A DNA stretch of 64,000 nucleotides from Promethearchaeota archaeon (GTDB lineage: Archaea > Asgardarchaeota > Lokiarchaeia > Sigyniarchaeales > SOKP01), in NCBI GenBank assembly GCA_016839765.1, contig JAEOTP010000087.1, positions 15,742 through 79,741 on the forward strand, read 5' to 3'. The notes beneath the pieces were generated by a model. That model had not been told where the DNA came from. It made no database searches and saw only the letters and a list, made by a program, of their open reading frames with translations. This document shows, in pieces, positions 18,404 to 29,490 of this stretch (the first letter of the stretch is position 1; every line of letters starts with the position of its first letter). Made by a program: the position numbers and the translations under genes.

Positions 18404-19568
18404 ATTGATAACTCCTAAATAAATTTCCCCATTCTGTTTGCATAAATTTTTTAATCCTACGTTTTCCTATAGTTGGATACCAGAACATATCATGAAATAT
18501 CATAGATGCCATAATTGGTCCCATAAAAAAAAGATCACTCTTAAACAATGGATACATGAATTGTAATGGGCCTTTTCTAACCATCTGGTCACCCCAAATC
18601 ACTAAGCTTCTCTTTACATTGAACTTCCAATTGATATTTGAAACATCTTCACCTACTAATTCAATTTGATCGAAATCACCACACCCTAATCCCATATCAT
18701 GAGCTAATTTTATAGCAGGTAATTTTAATGGATCAAAACCCATCATTTTAGAAACAACTGTATCTACAGCTACTTGATCATATCCAGCGATTAAAATGTT
18801 CTTAATTTTTGGTATCATAGTCCTTGGTCCGGCTCCATCTCCGCAAACAGTACCATCAACTATAGACATAATATTTGGGTGTATTTGTTTTTGGATTATT
18901 AGTAAATCAACAAGCACTTCACTCATATATTGGTGGGAAAAATGCCTTCTTTTTGTTAATAATCCACCAAATGCATTCTTCATAGCACAGGTAATTCCCC
19001 CATGTTTCATTTCACTTTTGGTATGCTCTAATGATCCTCCTACAGCACCAGTATGTCCATGAGTTTTCATCGTTGGAAGATGAATAATAGATTTCCCGAT
19101 ATAAAATTTTGGTATTTTAAATCCTTCAGGAAATATTTTAGAATCTAAGGCAAGTAATTTCTGGGTTTTTAAATTCAAGAATCTTGATCTCAGCGATTCA
19201 TAGGGGACAAAAGGGATACGTGTTAAGGGTATAAACCATGCATTATACTTCCTTATGATTGGCCACCAACAATTACCTTTTAAACCCTTTTCAATATTTG
19301 TAACCACAGTTCTATTTTCTGCCGTAAATAATTTTTTAGGATCATAACCATCCTCAATCATAGTGTTCAAAACACCCTCTACTTGCCAAGGAGGACTTGA
19401 ACATGCGGGAAAAAATTTCGACCAACTTAAATTAAGCTTGATGATGATTTTTTTTTGTTTAGAATAATAATTGTGATATTCCGTAAGATGCATTAGTCTT
19501 TTATAATCTTCAAAAATTGTCTTTGGAGAAGTCTTAATTACAAAAATTTGAGATTTATTTCTTTTCAT
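18396..19568 (-). CDS. DUF362 family protein
   Basis: KLNLSW, LPTMKTH, AMKNAFG, DG-x3-DGAGP, D-VAVD. Confidence 0.8.
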   Translation of the reverse strand: MKRNKSQIFVIKTSPKTIFEDYKRLMHLTEYHNYYSKQKKIIIKLNLSWSKFFPACSSPPWQVEGVLNTMIEDGYDPKKLFTAENRTVVTNIEKGLKGNCWWPIIRKYNAWFIPLTRIPFVPYESLRSRFLNLKTQKLLALDSKIFPEGFKIPKFYIGKSIIHLPTMKTHGHTGAVGGSLEHTKSEMKHGGITCAMKNAFGGLLTKRRHFSHQYMSEVLVDLLIIQKQIHPNIMSIVDGTVCGDGAGPRTMIPKIKNILIAGYDQVAVDTVVSKMMGFDPLKLPAIKLAHDMGLGCGDFDQIELVGEDVSNINWKFNVKRSLVIWGDQMVRKGPLQFMYPLFKSDLFFMGPIMASMIFHDMFWYPTIGKRRIKKFMQTEWGNLFRSYQSI

Positions 19569-19694
19569 TTTGATTTCTAATGTTTGATTGTTTAACTTTT
19601 TTATTAAAAACGTAATTGAACTATTTTAAAAACCAATTGTTGATAAAAAGGCTAAACAATAATAAAAAAAAATTAGTAAAAAAATTAAAAAATT

Positions 19695-20834
19695 TTAGTC
19701 AGAAATATATTCCATTCCTTCATAAGATTTTTCTTCTTTAGCAAACGGTCTGCACATGATATAATGATCTTCACTTATCTTAAGCTCAACAGGATCCTCC
19801 TTTCCGCACCCTATATGCTTACCTTTTTCATAACATCTAGGATTAAAAGCACATCCCTCGGGAGGGTTAATAGGACTGGGTACATCACCTTCTAAGATTA
19901 TCCTAGTTATTCTTGAAGTAGGATCAAAAGTTGGGCGTGCTGATAATAAAGCTTTTGTGTATGGATGGACAGGATGATAGAAAACTTTTTCTATAGGACC
20001 TCTCTCAACAAATTTACCTAAATACATAACAGCAATTCTATCAGCTATATGATGCACTACACTTAAATCATGGGTTATAAACATATAAGATAAATTGAAT
20101 TGAGATTGAAGGTCTCTTAAAAGGTTTAATATTTGTGCTTGAACTGATACATCTAAGGCAGAAGTTGGTTCATCCAGAATCATTATATCAGGATTACATG
20201 CTAGAGCTCTAGCAATGACTATTCTTTGTTTTTGACCTCCTGAAAATTCATGAGGAAATCGATCTAGATGTTCTGCTTTCATTGAAACAGTTTCTAATAA
20301 TTCAAGAACTCTTGCGCGGATTCTGCTTCTTTTTTTCATTCCTTCTAATATTCTAAGTGGTTCACCAATAATATTTACAATTTTCCACCGAGGATTCAAA
20401 GATGAGTCTGGATCTTGGAATACCATTTGAATTTTTTTCCGAATTTCTGTGGTATAATAAATTGCTTTAGCGTCATGTTTTTGTAATTTAGTTAGCTTTA
20501 CTTCAGGTTTTTCTTTTTCTTTCATTTGTTTTTTATGTAATTTTTTATTAATAACTAGTTTTTTATTCCTATAAATGATTTCTCCGGCTGTAGGCTTTAC
20601 TAAGTTTAAAATAGTATTTCCTATTGTAGTTTTACCGCATCCACTTTCTCCAACTATACCTAGAGTCTCTCCCTCGTACATATTAAATGTAACTCCATCA
20701 ACTGCTTTAACATCTGCAATTCTTCTCCTAAAAAGCCCACCGTATATTGGATAATAGGTTTTAAGATTTCTTACCGATAAAATGACATTTCTGCTACTTG
20801 TGGAAGTTTCTATTTTCTCCTCAACTACAGTCAT
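19695..20834 (-). CDS. oppF: Oligopeptide/dipeptide ABC transporter ATPase (OppF/DppF)
   Basis: GESGCGKTT, FSGGQKQR, DEPTSALD, C-terminal GC-FNPRC. Confidence 0.9.
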   Translation of the reverse strand: MTVVEEKIETSTSSRNVILSVRNLKTYYPIYGGLFRRRIADVKAVDGVTFNMYEGETLGIVGESGCGKTTIGNTILNLVKPTAGEIIYRNKKLVINKKLHKKQMKEKEKPEVKLTKLQKHDAKAIYYTTEIRKKIQMVFQDPDSSLNPRWKIVNIIGEPLRILEGMKKRSRIRARVLELLETVSMKAEHLDRFPHEFSGGQKQRIVIARALACNPDIMILDEPTSALDVSVQAQILNLLRDLQSQFNLSYMFITHDLSVVHHIADRIAVMYLGKFVERGPIEKVFYHPVHPYTKALLSARPTFDPTSRITRIILEGDVPSPINPPEGCAFNPRCYEKGKHIGCGKEDPVELKISEDHYIMCRPFAKEEKSYEGMEYISD

Positions 20835-20890
20835 ATTAATTTTTCCTACCCTATAATTAATTTAAATTTTAAAATTATTTTTTATGGAAT

Positions 20891-22129
20891 TTAAATATTG
20901 TCTTCACTCCAATCATATTTGGGTGAATCCCGATATTTTGGATCAAAAAGATGACATGCTACAAAATATCTTTCACCAATTTCATTCAGTTTCGGTTTTA
21001 CTTTATCACATATTTCCATTCTTTCATCACATCTAGGATGAAATCTACAACCTGATGGAGGATATATTAAATTAGGAACCATACCACGAATAACCCTTAA
21101 CTTTTGGTCTTTTTTTTCAATACTAGGAATTGCTCCAATTAATCCTTGTGTATAGGGGTGTCGAGGATTTTTAAATAAGCGTTCTGCAGTAGCATACTCA
21201 ACTATATTCCCGCTATACATCACTGCGACTCTATCGCACAAATCGGCAATGATTCCTAAATCATGAGTAATCATCAGTATTGACGTTCTAAATTTATCTT
21301 TTAATTCTTTCATCAAATCTAAAATTTGAGCCTGGATGGTAACATCTAAAGCAGTCGTTGGTTCATCAGCAATTAATAACAGCGGTTCGCAAGAGAGCGC
21401 CATAGCAATCATTATACGTTGTCTCATTCCACCACTAAGTTCATGAGGATATCTCGATAAAATGCCTTCTGCATCCGCAATACCTACTTCTTTTATGATT
21501 TTTTCTGAATGTTCGTTTAAAATCCCTTTTAGATGTGGTATTTTGGGTATTTTTTCTTTGGCTTCTGTAATTTTGATTTTGAGATCTTCTTTTTCATCTT
21601 CTGTTAATTCACTATCCTTTAATTTTTCCTTTAATTCCTTAAGTTCTTCAATTAGTTGTTTCCTTTCGAGAACTTTTTCATCTACAACTCGTCTAAGTTC
21701 ATCTTCTTGATGTAATAAAAAGATTTCTCCAACTTGAAATCCAGCTGACATAACTGGATTTAGTGAATTTAAAGGATCCTGGAAGATCATAGTTATATCT
21801 TTACCTCGATGAGTTCTCATGATTTTTTCTTCTAAAGCCAGTAGATCTTCACCTTTCAGTTTTATAGACCCGTCTATTACCTTTCCTGGTTCCCTTACAA
21901 GACCTATAATAGAGAGTGCTGTAACCGATTTGCCACAACCAGTTTCACCAACAAGCCCAAGGACTTCATCCTCATACATGTCAAAAGAAACACCATCTAC
22001 AGCTTTTACTACACCTTCTTCAGTATAAAAGTAGGTTTTTAAATTTTTAACCTCAAGTAGTTTCTTAGCCTCTTTTTTTACTGATGATACCTCTTCTTTA
22101 AATCCTTGTCTTTCTTCTACTTTTTCCAT
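20891..22129 (-). CDS. oppD: Oligopeptide/dipeptide ABC transporter ATPase (OppD/DppD)
   Basis: [32 protein letters not shown]. Confidence 0.9.
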   Translation of the reverse strand: MEKVEERQGFKEEVSSVKKEAKKLLEVKNLKTYFYTEEGVVKAVDGVSFDMYEDEVLGLVGETGCGKSVTALSIIGLVREPGKVIDGSIKLKGEDLLALEEKIMRTHRGKDITMIFQDPLNSLNPVMSAGFQVGEIFLLHQEDELRRVVDEKVLERKQLIEELKELKEKLKDSELTEDEKEDLKIKITEAKEKIPKIPHLKGILNEHSEKIIKEVGIADAEGILSRYPHELSGGMRQRIMIAMALSCEPLLLIADEPTTALDVTIQAQILDLMKELKDKFRTSILMITHDLGIIADLCDRVAVMYSGNIVEYATAERLFKNPRHPYTQGLIGAIPSIEKKDQKLRVIRGMVPNLIYPPSGCRFHPRCDERMEICDKVKPKLNEIGERYFVACHLFDPKYRDSPKYDWSEDNI

Positions 22130-22177
22130 TTTTCTTAATCATCTATCTTAATCAAATTATAAATAATAAAAAAAAAT

Positions 22178-23200
22178 TTATAAATTCTTCAATCGCGGAT
22201 CGAGAGCATCTCTTAAGCCATCACCTACCAACATGAATCCTAATACTGTAATGACAATCATCACCCCTGGCCAAAGAGACGCCCATGGTGCGATTAAAAT
22301 ATAACCACGAGCATCACTGATATCTCTACCCCATTCAATTAAAGTTGGATCACTATATCCCAGAAATGCAAGACCTGCAAAGCTTAGAATAACTCCTCCG
22401 ATATCTAATGTAACTGATATTATAATTGGTTGGATAGTGTTTGGTAAGATGTGTCTAAACATTATTCTCCAATTTTTAGCACCAGATACCCTTGCTGCTT
22501 GTACATACGGCAATTCTCTTGCTTGTAATACATTTCCTCTAATTAGTCGTGAATAATAGGGAATCCCTAAAATACCATATGCCATAATAATAACCATCAA
22601 TATTGGTAGGCCACTTTCTTGGAAGATTGAAACCATAACTATAGCGAAGATTAACGCAGGAAATGCAAGCAAAACATCAAAAATCCTCATAATTAAAGTA
22701 TCGAGCCAGCCACCTACGTAACCAGCTATTACTCCAAAAAGAATACCAAATGCAAGGCTCATTCCTATTGCTGGCAAAGCCATAGTTAATGAAGCTCTGG
22801 CACCATATATCATTCTTGCATAAACATCACGCCCCATATTGCCAGTTCCTAAAGGATGCGCAGGAGATGGGTCAGACCAGTGTACGCCATACACAGCGCG
22901 AGCTTCCGAAAATGTATATGGAGAAATCCAAGGCCCGAATATGGCTAAGGTTATGACGTAAAGAACTAGAATGATTCCTAAAATAGTTAAGGTTGACTTT
23001 AATCTTTTAAGAAAACTTCTTTTACTCACAGTCTTTTCATATTCACGTTCTCGAATTGTAAGTTCCTTTAATCTTGAAGCAGGAATAAGAAGAAACTTAA
23101 TATTTCTGAAGAACCATTTAAAAACAGCCCTACTAGCACTCTCCTCTTCTTCAGCTTCTAATTCTTCCTCTAATTCTTGAATCCTTACTTCTTGTTTCAT
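22178..23200 (-). CDS. oppC: Peptide ABC transporter permease (OppC/DppC)
   Basis: HPLGT-x2-GRD, EAA-like loop YVQAARVSGA, GDGLRDALDPR. Confidence 0.92.
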   Translation of the reverse strand: MKQEVRIQELEEELEAEEEESASRAVFKWFFRNIKFLLIPASRLKELTIREREYEKTVSKRSFLKRLKSTLTILGIILVLYVITLAIFGPWISPYTFSEARAVYGVHWSDPSPAHPLGTGNMGRDVYARMIYGARASLTMALPAIGMSLAFGILFGVIAGYVGGWLDTLIMRIFDVLLAFPALIFAIVMVSIFQESGLPILMVIIMAYGILGIPYYSRLIRGNVLQARELPYVQAARVSGAKNWRIMFRHILPNTIQPIIISVTLDIGGVILSFAGLAFLGYSDPTLIEWGRDISDARGYILIAPWASLWPGVMIVITVLGFMLVGDGLRDALDPRLKNL

Positions 23201-23231
23201 TTAGTTTTCCACCTTTTTTAATATATACTAT

Positions 23232-24248
23232 TTAATATTTTATTCGAGGATCTAAATAAGCATAAATTAGATCTACAAATAAATTCACTATTATAAAAAT
23301 CAGCGTTGTCATGACGACAATCGCATTCAGGACACTATAATCACGACCCGTAATAGCCTCCAACAAAAGATTACCTACTCCAAATAAATTAAAAGTTGTT
23401 TCAGTTAAAAACGCTCCGCCTAATAACCCTCCAACGTTTAATCCAATAATTGTCACGGTGGGGATTAATGCGTTCTTACGGGCATGCTTTTTAATTACAT
23501 CTTTTTCTTTACACCCTTTTGCGCGAGCAGTTCTTATATAATCTTGTTGAAGAACTTCAAGCATACTTGAACGAGTTTGCCGTGTAATCGATGCGAGCAT
23601 AATAAAAGACAAACAGAAAACTGGTAGCGCCAAATGGACTAAATAATCCCCTATTAAATACCACTGCCCCGATATCAACGAGTCAATTATTCTAAAACCC
23701 GTAACTATGGGAGGATCAATATATGCCGGATCTTTGAAGTGCATGATGGGCAACCAACCCAATTGATAAGAGATAAAATACTGCAGTAATAGTCCTAACC
23801 AAAAAACAGGTATTGATACACCTACAAGAGCTGTTCCCCTAAAAACAGTATCCTTCCATTTATTTCGATGCCTTGCAGAAACTACACCAGTTTTAATTCC
23901 GATAAATGAAGCAATAATCATAGAAAAGAGGGTAATATCTAGTGTTCTAGGAAACCGCTCCCAGATTAAATTCCAAACCGGTTGACCTACAGCGACAACT
24001 AAAGAATTGCCCCAATTTCCTGTAAAGAGATTTCCAAGGTATATAAAGAATTGTTGCCAGAGGGGAAGATTAAATCCGTGAGCATAATATGCCCTCATAT
24101 ACTCTTCAGGACTAGCTCTAGGAGGGAGGTATACTGAAACAGGATCCCCCGGCATCGCTCTAGCAAGAATGAATGTTAGTAATAAAGCACCAAACAACAC
24201 AGGTATCATAGTTAGAATCCTTTTGAAGATATATTTAATCATACTCAT
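23232..24248 (-). CDS. oppB: Peptide ABC transporter permease (OppB/DppB)
   Basis: PGDP, DYIRTARAKG, DLIYAYLDPRI. Confidence 0.92.
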   Translation of the reverse strand: MSMIKYIFKRILTMIPVLFGALLLTFILARAMPGDPVSVYLPPRASPEEYMRAYYAHGFNLPLWQQFFIYLGNLFTGNWGNSLVVAVGQPVWNLIWERFPRTLDITLFSMIIASFIGIKTGVVSARHRNKWKDTVFRGTALVGVSIPVFWLGLLLQYFISYQLGWLPIMHFKDPAYIDPPIVTGFRIIDSLISGQWYLIGDYLVHLALPVFCLSFIMLASITRQTRSSMLEVLQQDYIRTARAKGCKEKDVIKKHARKNALIPTVTIIGLNVGGLLGGAFLTETTFNLFGVGNLLLEAITGRDYSVLNAIVVMTTLIFIIVNLFVDLIYAYLDPRIKY

Positions 24249-24306
24249 ATACTATTAGATCACCCATTTTTCTTATTAATAACCCTTTTTTTTATTTTTT
24301 TTTAGA

Positions 24307-24762
24307 TTATGAAATTGTTTTAAGTTTTTCAAGATAATTTATATATATTTGCTTTAAACTGGCACCAAGAAAAGCCGAAAGCAAATTTATACCTAATAAC
24401 GAAAGGATTGTTATTAGGGTTTCTAGTTTTGTAAAATAAATAAAAATTATGAGAATATCAAATCCATTAATAAACCAATACCATATCCACGATTCGAAAA
24501 TGATAAATAGAATCAACCAAATACTATTTCTAATTCCATATTCAAAAAATCTTTCTCTATATACTGTAATGAAAACGATAGCGAATAAAATAAGTGCCGA
24601 TAAAAATGAAGAAGGATTAAACATTGCTCTATGTAAAAAGAGAATATTCTCTCCAATCGATTTTTCATATACATTGCATATATATCCAAAGAATAGAAAA
24701 TGAATTAATAAGCATGCTAAAATAAATTTAGTTTGTCTTCCCATTTCAATTTTTTTTTTCAT
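24307..24762 (-). CDS. Hypothetical membrane protein (about 4 TM)
   Basis: Hydrophobic ORF overlapping the upstream gene by 4 nt (ATGA coupling). Confidence 0.6.
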   Translation of the reverse strand: MKKKIEMGRQTKFILACLLIHFLFFGYICNVYEKSIGENILFLHRAMFNPSSFLSALILFAIVFITVYRERFFEYGIRNSIWLILFIIFESWIWYWFINGFDILIIFIYFTKLETLITILSLLGINLLSAFLGASLKQIYINYLEKLKTIS

Positions 24763-25640
24763 AATATCAATCCCAAGTCTAATTTTTCTAGATCAATATT
24801 TTTAAGAAGTTTTTTAGAATCAACTACGTTAGTTTTCGATCCGTTATTAATTATATTATTTTCTTTCCATAATTGTAAATTAAATAGTGAATAGTTGTTT
24901 TCAAGTAATAATTCTTTATTATAGGAAAAAGAATCAAACAGATCATCATATATCAAATATGGAATGAAATTCATTTCTTTCATTTTTTTTGTATTAGAAT
25001 TATAAACTTTAATAGTCATTACATTAGGAAAATATTTATTTTCTCTTTCCTCGTATAATTTTTCTGGTTTAATTACATTGACATTTTCAATTTTTAATAT
25101 ATTATCTTCTATTTTTTCCTTTAAAAAATTAATTATTTTGTTACAATAGTGGATAAGGTTAGGATGATATTCTTCTAAATCCTTATCAAAGTCAATTTTA
25201 GAATACAATTTTAAAAATTCAGAAATTAGAAATGTAAAATCGTTTGTGAGGTAAGAAATATCTGCGTGTATTATTTTTGAATTATTAAACCAATTTCTAA
25301 TTTTATTATCATCCAATGGACGAAGCGTTATTTCTTTATATTTTTTTTTAGTAAAATTTATTAGATTTTTAATCCCTAAAGTGAAAAACAATTGGAGATC
25401 TAAAAATAAATCTAATTTTTCGCATAATTTATTTAATTTAATGACGTCTGGAAATATAAATAAAGTAGGGTCTCCATTTGATATTTTGTCAATTCTCATT
25501 GGAATTGGCATTACAGGAATTTTAAAAAGATCAGTGGTAAATAAATCAAAATAAAATCCAGTTGGAGCAATATCATTTTTAAATGATTTTAATTTGGAAG
25601 GAGGATCTCGAAATAGGCTTTTTGGATTTATAAGAATGCA
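24759..25640 (-). CDS. Hypothetical protein, probably 5'-truncated
   Basis: Frame stays open about 50 codons upstream of the ATG at 25511 (NPKSLFRDPPSKLKSFKNDIAPTGFYFDLFTTDLFKIPV) with no ATG/GTG/TTG before TGA at 25665-25667. Confidence 0.5.
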   Translation of the reverse strand, partial: CILINPKSLFRDPPSKLKSFKNDIAPTGFYFDLFTTDLFKIPVMPIPMRIDKISNGDPTLFIFPDVIKLNKLCEKLDLFLDLQLFFTLGIKNLINFTKKKYKEITLRPLDDNKIRNWFNNSKIIHADISYLTNDFTFLISEFLKLYSKIDFDKDLEEYHPNLIHYCNKIINFLKEKIEDNILKIENVNVIKPEKLYEERENKYFPNVMTIKVYNSNTKKMKEMNFIPYLIYDDLFDSFSYNKELLLENNYSLFNLQLWKENNIINNGSKTNVVDSKKLLKNIDLEKLDLGLIL

Positions 25641-25930
25641 CCTCCGCCATCTATTACCAAATCTTCAATGTTATAAAGGTCAGCATAAGTATCTGACCCC
25701 TTATAAGCCGCCTTAGCCTTAGCAGCAGATATATTATTATCAATATGGATTTTTCCCGATAGTCTTGAGAGTTTTACATTTTCGTTATCTAAATTAATAT
25801 CATCGACATATTCCGAACTATTATTGCTGCCTCCAGCATTAAGAGGGGGATTATTGCCAAATATAAGTGATAAAGCAAAATCGATTCCTAAAATCATTAA
25901 AACTACATTTATTTTAGATTTCTTTTTCAT
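25628..25930 (-). pseudogene. N-terminal fragment of a secreted parallel beta-helix (NosD-like) surface protein
   Basis: Signal peptide-like start then SGKIHIDNN...G-x-TY-x-D-x-Y-x-IEDLVIDGGG leader, ending immediately after it. Confidence 0.55.
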
Positions 25931-26159
25931 ATTTTCTCTAAATAATTCTTTTATTTCCTACTTTTTAAAAATTATGTTTAACGCATTCTGTTCCAAAATC
26001 TGAACACCAATTCTAAATAGTTTACTTGGTTCTTATTGGCTCATTCTTTTGTAATCTTTGGGCATAATTTTTAGATAAGATTACAATTTATAAAAATAAT
26101 TAATAATAAAAAAAAAAAGTTATAATTTGATTAATTACGCCTATAAGGCTTTGCCTGGA

Positions 26160-27965
26160 TTACCACTCCGAGGCTCCGTATCCGTATTCGCCTTCGTATA
26201 GTAATCCTTCCCAGTAAGTCCCATAGAAATCATTATATGAGATTGGGTTACCAGTCCATCCCCTAAGGTTTTTATGGATGCAATCATAGTTCTTATTGTG
26301 GTAGCCAAAAACCCAGGATTTGAGATCCTCAACGATATATCTTTGCATCTCATTATAAAGAGGTTTTCTCAAATCTTCATCAGTTTCCGCGATTCCAGCT
26401 GCCATTAACACTTCTAGATAAGGATCGTTTACTTGACAAGCGTTACTGCTGGAAATATTACTAAACATTGGATTTATAAAGTTCTCGGGGTCGTTATAGT
26501 CAGGTATCCATCCAAGCCACCATAGTTCTAATGAATCCCAGCCGTGACTTACTTGCCTTCTATTGTAAAATCGATCTTTGTATTGCTCCCATGTCACACC
26601 CGCATCCTCAACGAGTACTCCAATTTTTGCGAAATTGTCAATAGTTATATCTCTTATACCTTCTCTGTTTGGATTACCAGTGTTATAGGTGTAGTTCAAA
26701 GTTAGGAACGGAGCTGATGCTGTTTGGTCTATCCAATCTTGGTCTGTAAAGCCAACTCCAAACCTCATATCATTCATATATTGTCTGGCCATTGCAAGGT
26801 TATAGGTTGCGTAATCAAGAGTGTCATTATGATACTTAATACCTGGGGGTACGGGAGATACCATTCTAACTGCATAGCCCAGCTTCATACCATCAATCAT
26901 AGCGGAATAGTTAAATGCGTATGAAAACGCGTTTCTCCAGGTTACATTATATTTTAAGCTATTGATACCCATGTATGAGGTAATAGACTCTACTGTACCT
27001 GTATTTAAAAGAGTCACATCTGGATCAGCATCCATTGTATCATAGTAGGATTCGAAGGGATCTGTTATAATATCAACATCATTAGCAATCACTGACAACA
27101 TTCTAGTATCAGAATCTGTAATTTTGACATGTACTAAGACATCAAAACCTATTCGGGCGCGATGATAATCTTCAAAAGCAGAAAATCTTATTTCGTAGGT
27201 ATCTATATTTTCTAATACCATAGGACCAGTTCCAGCAACGGGGTTAGGGATTGTTCCTGTAGGATCTACTCCCGCTAAAGTTGGATCAATGTAATCAAAT
27301 TGTGGTGTAGATACAGGTGACATTATACATGCTGCTGGGAATGTTAATAAAGCGCGGAATACACCATGAGGTTTATTTAACACAAACTTTACAACATATG
27401 TACTGACAACTTCAGTGCGGTTAATGATTGGAGTACCATCACCCCACCTATATAACGAATCGACAACAGTTGGGATTCCATAAAAGGAGCTGCTATTCAG
27501 TCTCCTATTTGGATACATATTCCACCATTCCCCACCGGTAACATTCTGTAAGAAGGCTAATCTATCAAAACTCCATTTAACAGCAGCAGCATTAAATGGG
27601 GCGCCATCGTGGAATGTAACCCCCTGTTTAAGGTCTACCGTTAATTCTGTTCCAGTTACATCGTAAACACCTAGATTAGTTGAAAGCAAGGGATATACGT
27701 TCATTTCTGCTCCTTCGGCAGCGGCAGTTAAATTATTCTTCCATAATTCCTCATATATCATCATAGTCGCATCAAAAGAAGCAGAGTCCCAAGCATATTG
27801 AGGGTCAATATCTTCTGCTATATACATATTACCGAATAAAACAGTCCTTACTCCCACAGGAGCTGCTATTTCTGGTTCCAGGACAAGTATAATGTTGCCA
27901 ACACCGGAGGCTATTAAAGCTATGGCAAGGATAATGATTGCTACATTTTTCTTTTCCATTTCCAT
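26160..27965 (-). CDS. oppA: Peptide ABC transporter substrate-binding protein (family 5) with N-terminal TM anchor
   Basis: IDPQYAWD, LKQGVTFHDGAPFNAAAVKWSF, GTGP, GWIPDYNDP. Confidence 0.9.
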   Translation of the reverse strand: MEMEKKNVAIIILAIALIASGVGNIILVLEPEIAAPVGVRTVLFGNMYIAEDIDPQYAWDSASFDATMMIYEELWKNNLTAAAEGAEMNVYPLLSTNLGVYDVTGTELTVDLKQGVTFHDGAPFNAAAVKWSFDRLAFLQNVTGGEWWNMYPNRRLNSSSFYGIPTVVDSLYRWGDGTPIINRTEVVSTYVVKFVLNKPHGVFRALLTFPAACIMSPVSTPQFDYIDPTLAGVDPTGTIPNPVAGTGPMVLENIDTYEIRFSAFEDYHRARIGFDVLVHVKITDSDTRMLSVIANDVDIITDPFESYYDTMDADPDVTLLNTGTVESITSYMGINSLKYNVTWRNAFSYAFNYSAMIDGMKLGYAVRMVSPVPPGIKYHNDTLDYATYNLAMARQYMNDMRFGVGFTDQDWIDQTASAPFLTLNYTYNTGNPNREGIRDITIDNFAKIGVLVEDAGVTWEQYKDRFYNRRQVSHGWDSLELWWLGWIPDYNDPENFINPMFSNISSSNACQVNDPYLEVLMAAGIAETDEDLRKPLYNEMQRYIVEDLKSWVFGYHNKNYDCIHKNLRGWTGNPISYNDFYGTYWEGLLYEGEYGYGASEW

Positions 27966-28273
27966 ATTTATATCACTTAAAATTTTTTGATTTTTTATTT
28001 TATTTAGATTAGTAGTTAATTAGTTTTGTTAATTTGTAAACTTATAAGTTTTACCTTTTTTTTGTTGTTATGTAAAAATAATCAGAATTTACGTATTGTG
28101 AATATTTTGAACTAGTTTTATTATTGTAAAATTTAAATATTTCAAAATTAAGCTTTCTGAGATGCTTTTTAAAAAACGTGAGTCTTTATAAGTATAATTA
28201 AAAATTGCTATTTACTCAACTTCTGACATAATTAACATTATAAAGGATCAATAAAATTATAAATTGAGATAAA

Positions 28274-29482
28274 ATGGTCGTGGTATTAGAACAAAAAATA
28301 ATTGATGAATTAGAGACTATTAAACATGTTAATAATTTAGCATTTGATCGTGCGGCAGCAACAGTAGGAGAAACAAAAGCTGTCAATTATGTGCAAGAAG
28401 AACTTATCGATAATAGTATTAATTTCAAATTAGAATATTTTGCATGGAGTAGTCCGATAAGATTTTTAATGAAAACTATTTATTTAATGGTATTGGCATA
28501 TTTACTTGCTTTTAAGCTATTCTTAGTAATTGTACTCTTTTTCTTTATTAAATATATGTTTCAAAAAACTAGGAAGATTTCGTTTACACAAAAAGAACAA
28601 TCTAAAAACTTAATTGCCACCATAAAAGCTAGAAGAAGGGTAAAAAATAGGCCAGTTATTATTTTTTCTGCTCATTATGATTCTGTTTCTTCAAGGATCT
28701 CGTATAAAGTTCAAAATGCATTATTATACATAATAAGAATTATAATCTTGCCATATATTGGTCTAACAATATTCGTTACGATTTGGATTGCACTAGAGGA
28801 ACTAAATTTGTTTTCAATCACCGCGTATAATTCTATTTTTATATATTTAGTGAGTATAATTTCAATAATTTCTTTAAGTGTAGTAATTCCGCTTTTTTTA
28901 TTCTTCTTTATTGCAAATAAATCAACTGGTTCTATAGACAATGCAAGTGGGGTTTCAATTTTAATTGAATTAGCTAAATTAATAAAAAACAAACCGCTTG
29001 AAAATTATGATGTTTTATTCGTTTGGTGTGGAGCAGAGGAATGGGGGTTGAAGGGTTCAAAAAATTATATCAAAAAAAATAAATTTAATCTCAAAAATAA
29101 ATATGATCTCAATAAATCTATGAATATCAATATAGATATGGTAGGTACATATGTAGGACTCTTTAATAGAAAGGGACTAATTAGAAAAAAAGCACTTAAT
29201 AAGAATTTAAATATAATAATTCAACAATCCGCACAGAAACTAAATATACCTTTAGAAGTATATGATAAAGTGCGTAAACCAGCAGGTGATCATATTTCAT
29301 TTCGACGTTTTAGCAAGAAAACTAAAAGTTCTTTTCAGGTTGCATGTTTCCATTCAGATAAGGATTCAAAATATATTCATTCTATAAGAGATACTCCAGA
29401 TAAATGTTCAAATAAGATTTTGAATGGATGTTTAGGAATTTGTTTTGAAACCATATCATATCTGGATTCAAAAATTGAATAA
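28274..29482 (+). CDS. Membrane-embedded M28 family peptidase
   Basis: SAHYDS, G-x-DNASG, GAEEWGL-GS, NIDMVG, DH, IHS-x-D; inserted TM hairpins. Confidence 0.85.
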   Translation: MVVVLEQKIIDELETIKHVNNLAFDRAAATVGETKAVNYVQEELIDNSINFKLEYFAWSSPIRFLMKTIYLMVLAYLLAFKLFLVIVLFFFIKYMFQKTRKISFTQKEQSKNLIATIKARRRVKNRPVIIFSAHYDSVSSRISYKVQNALLYIIRIIILPYIGLTIFVTIWIALEELNLFSITAYNSIFIYLVSIISIISLSVVIPLFLFFFIANKSTGSIDNASGVSILIELAKLIKNKPLENYDVLFVWCGAEEWGLKGSKNYIKKNKFNLKNKYDLNKSMNINIDMVGTYVGLFNRKGLIRKKALNKNLNIIIQQSAQKLNIPLEVYDKVRKPAGDHISFRRFSKKTKSSFQVACFHSDKDSKYIHSIRDTPDKCSNKILNGCLGICFETISYLDSKIE

Positions 29483-29490
29483 ATTAAAAA

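Noticed and set aside
25958-26065. Possible transposase C-terminal remnant (SKLFRIG...)
   Set aside because: Too short, no terminal inverted repeats or target duplication; kept only as part of the decayed block
26141-26353. 70-aa same-strand ORF overlapping the oppA 3' end
   Set aside because: Alternative frame within oppA, with no SD or motif support
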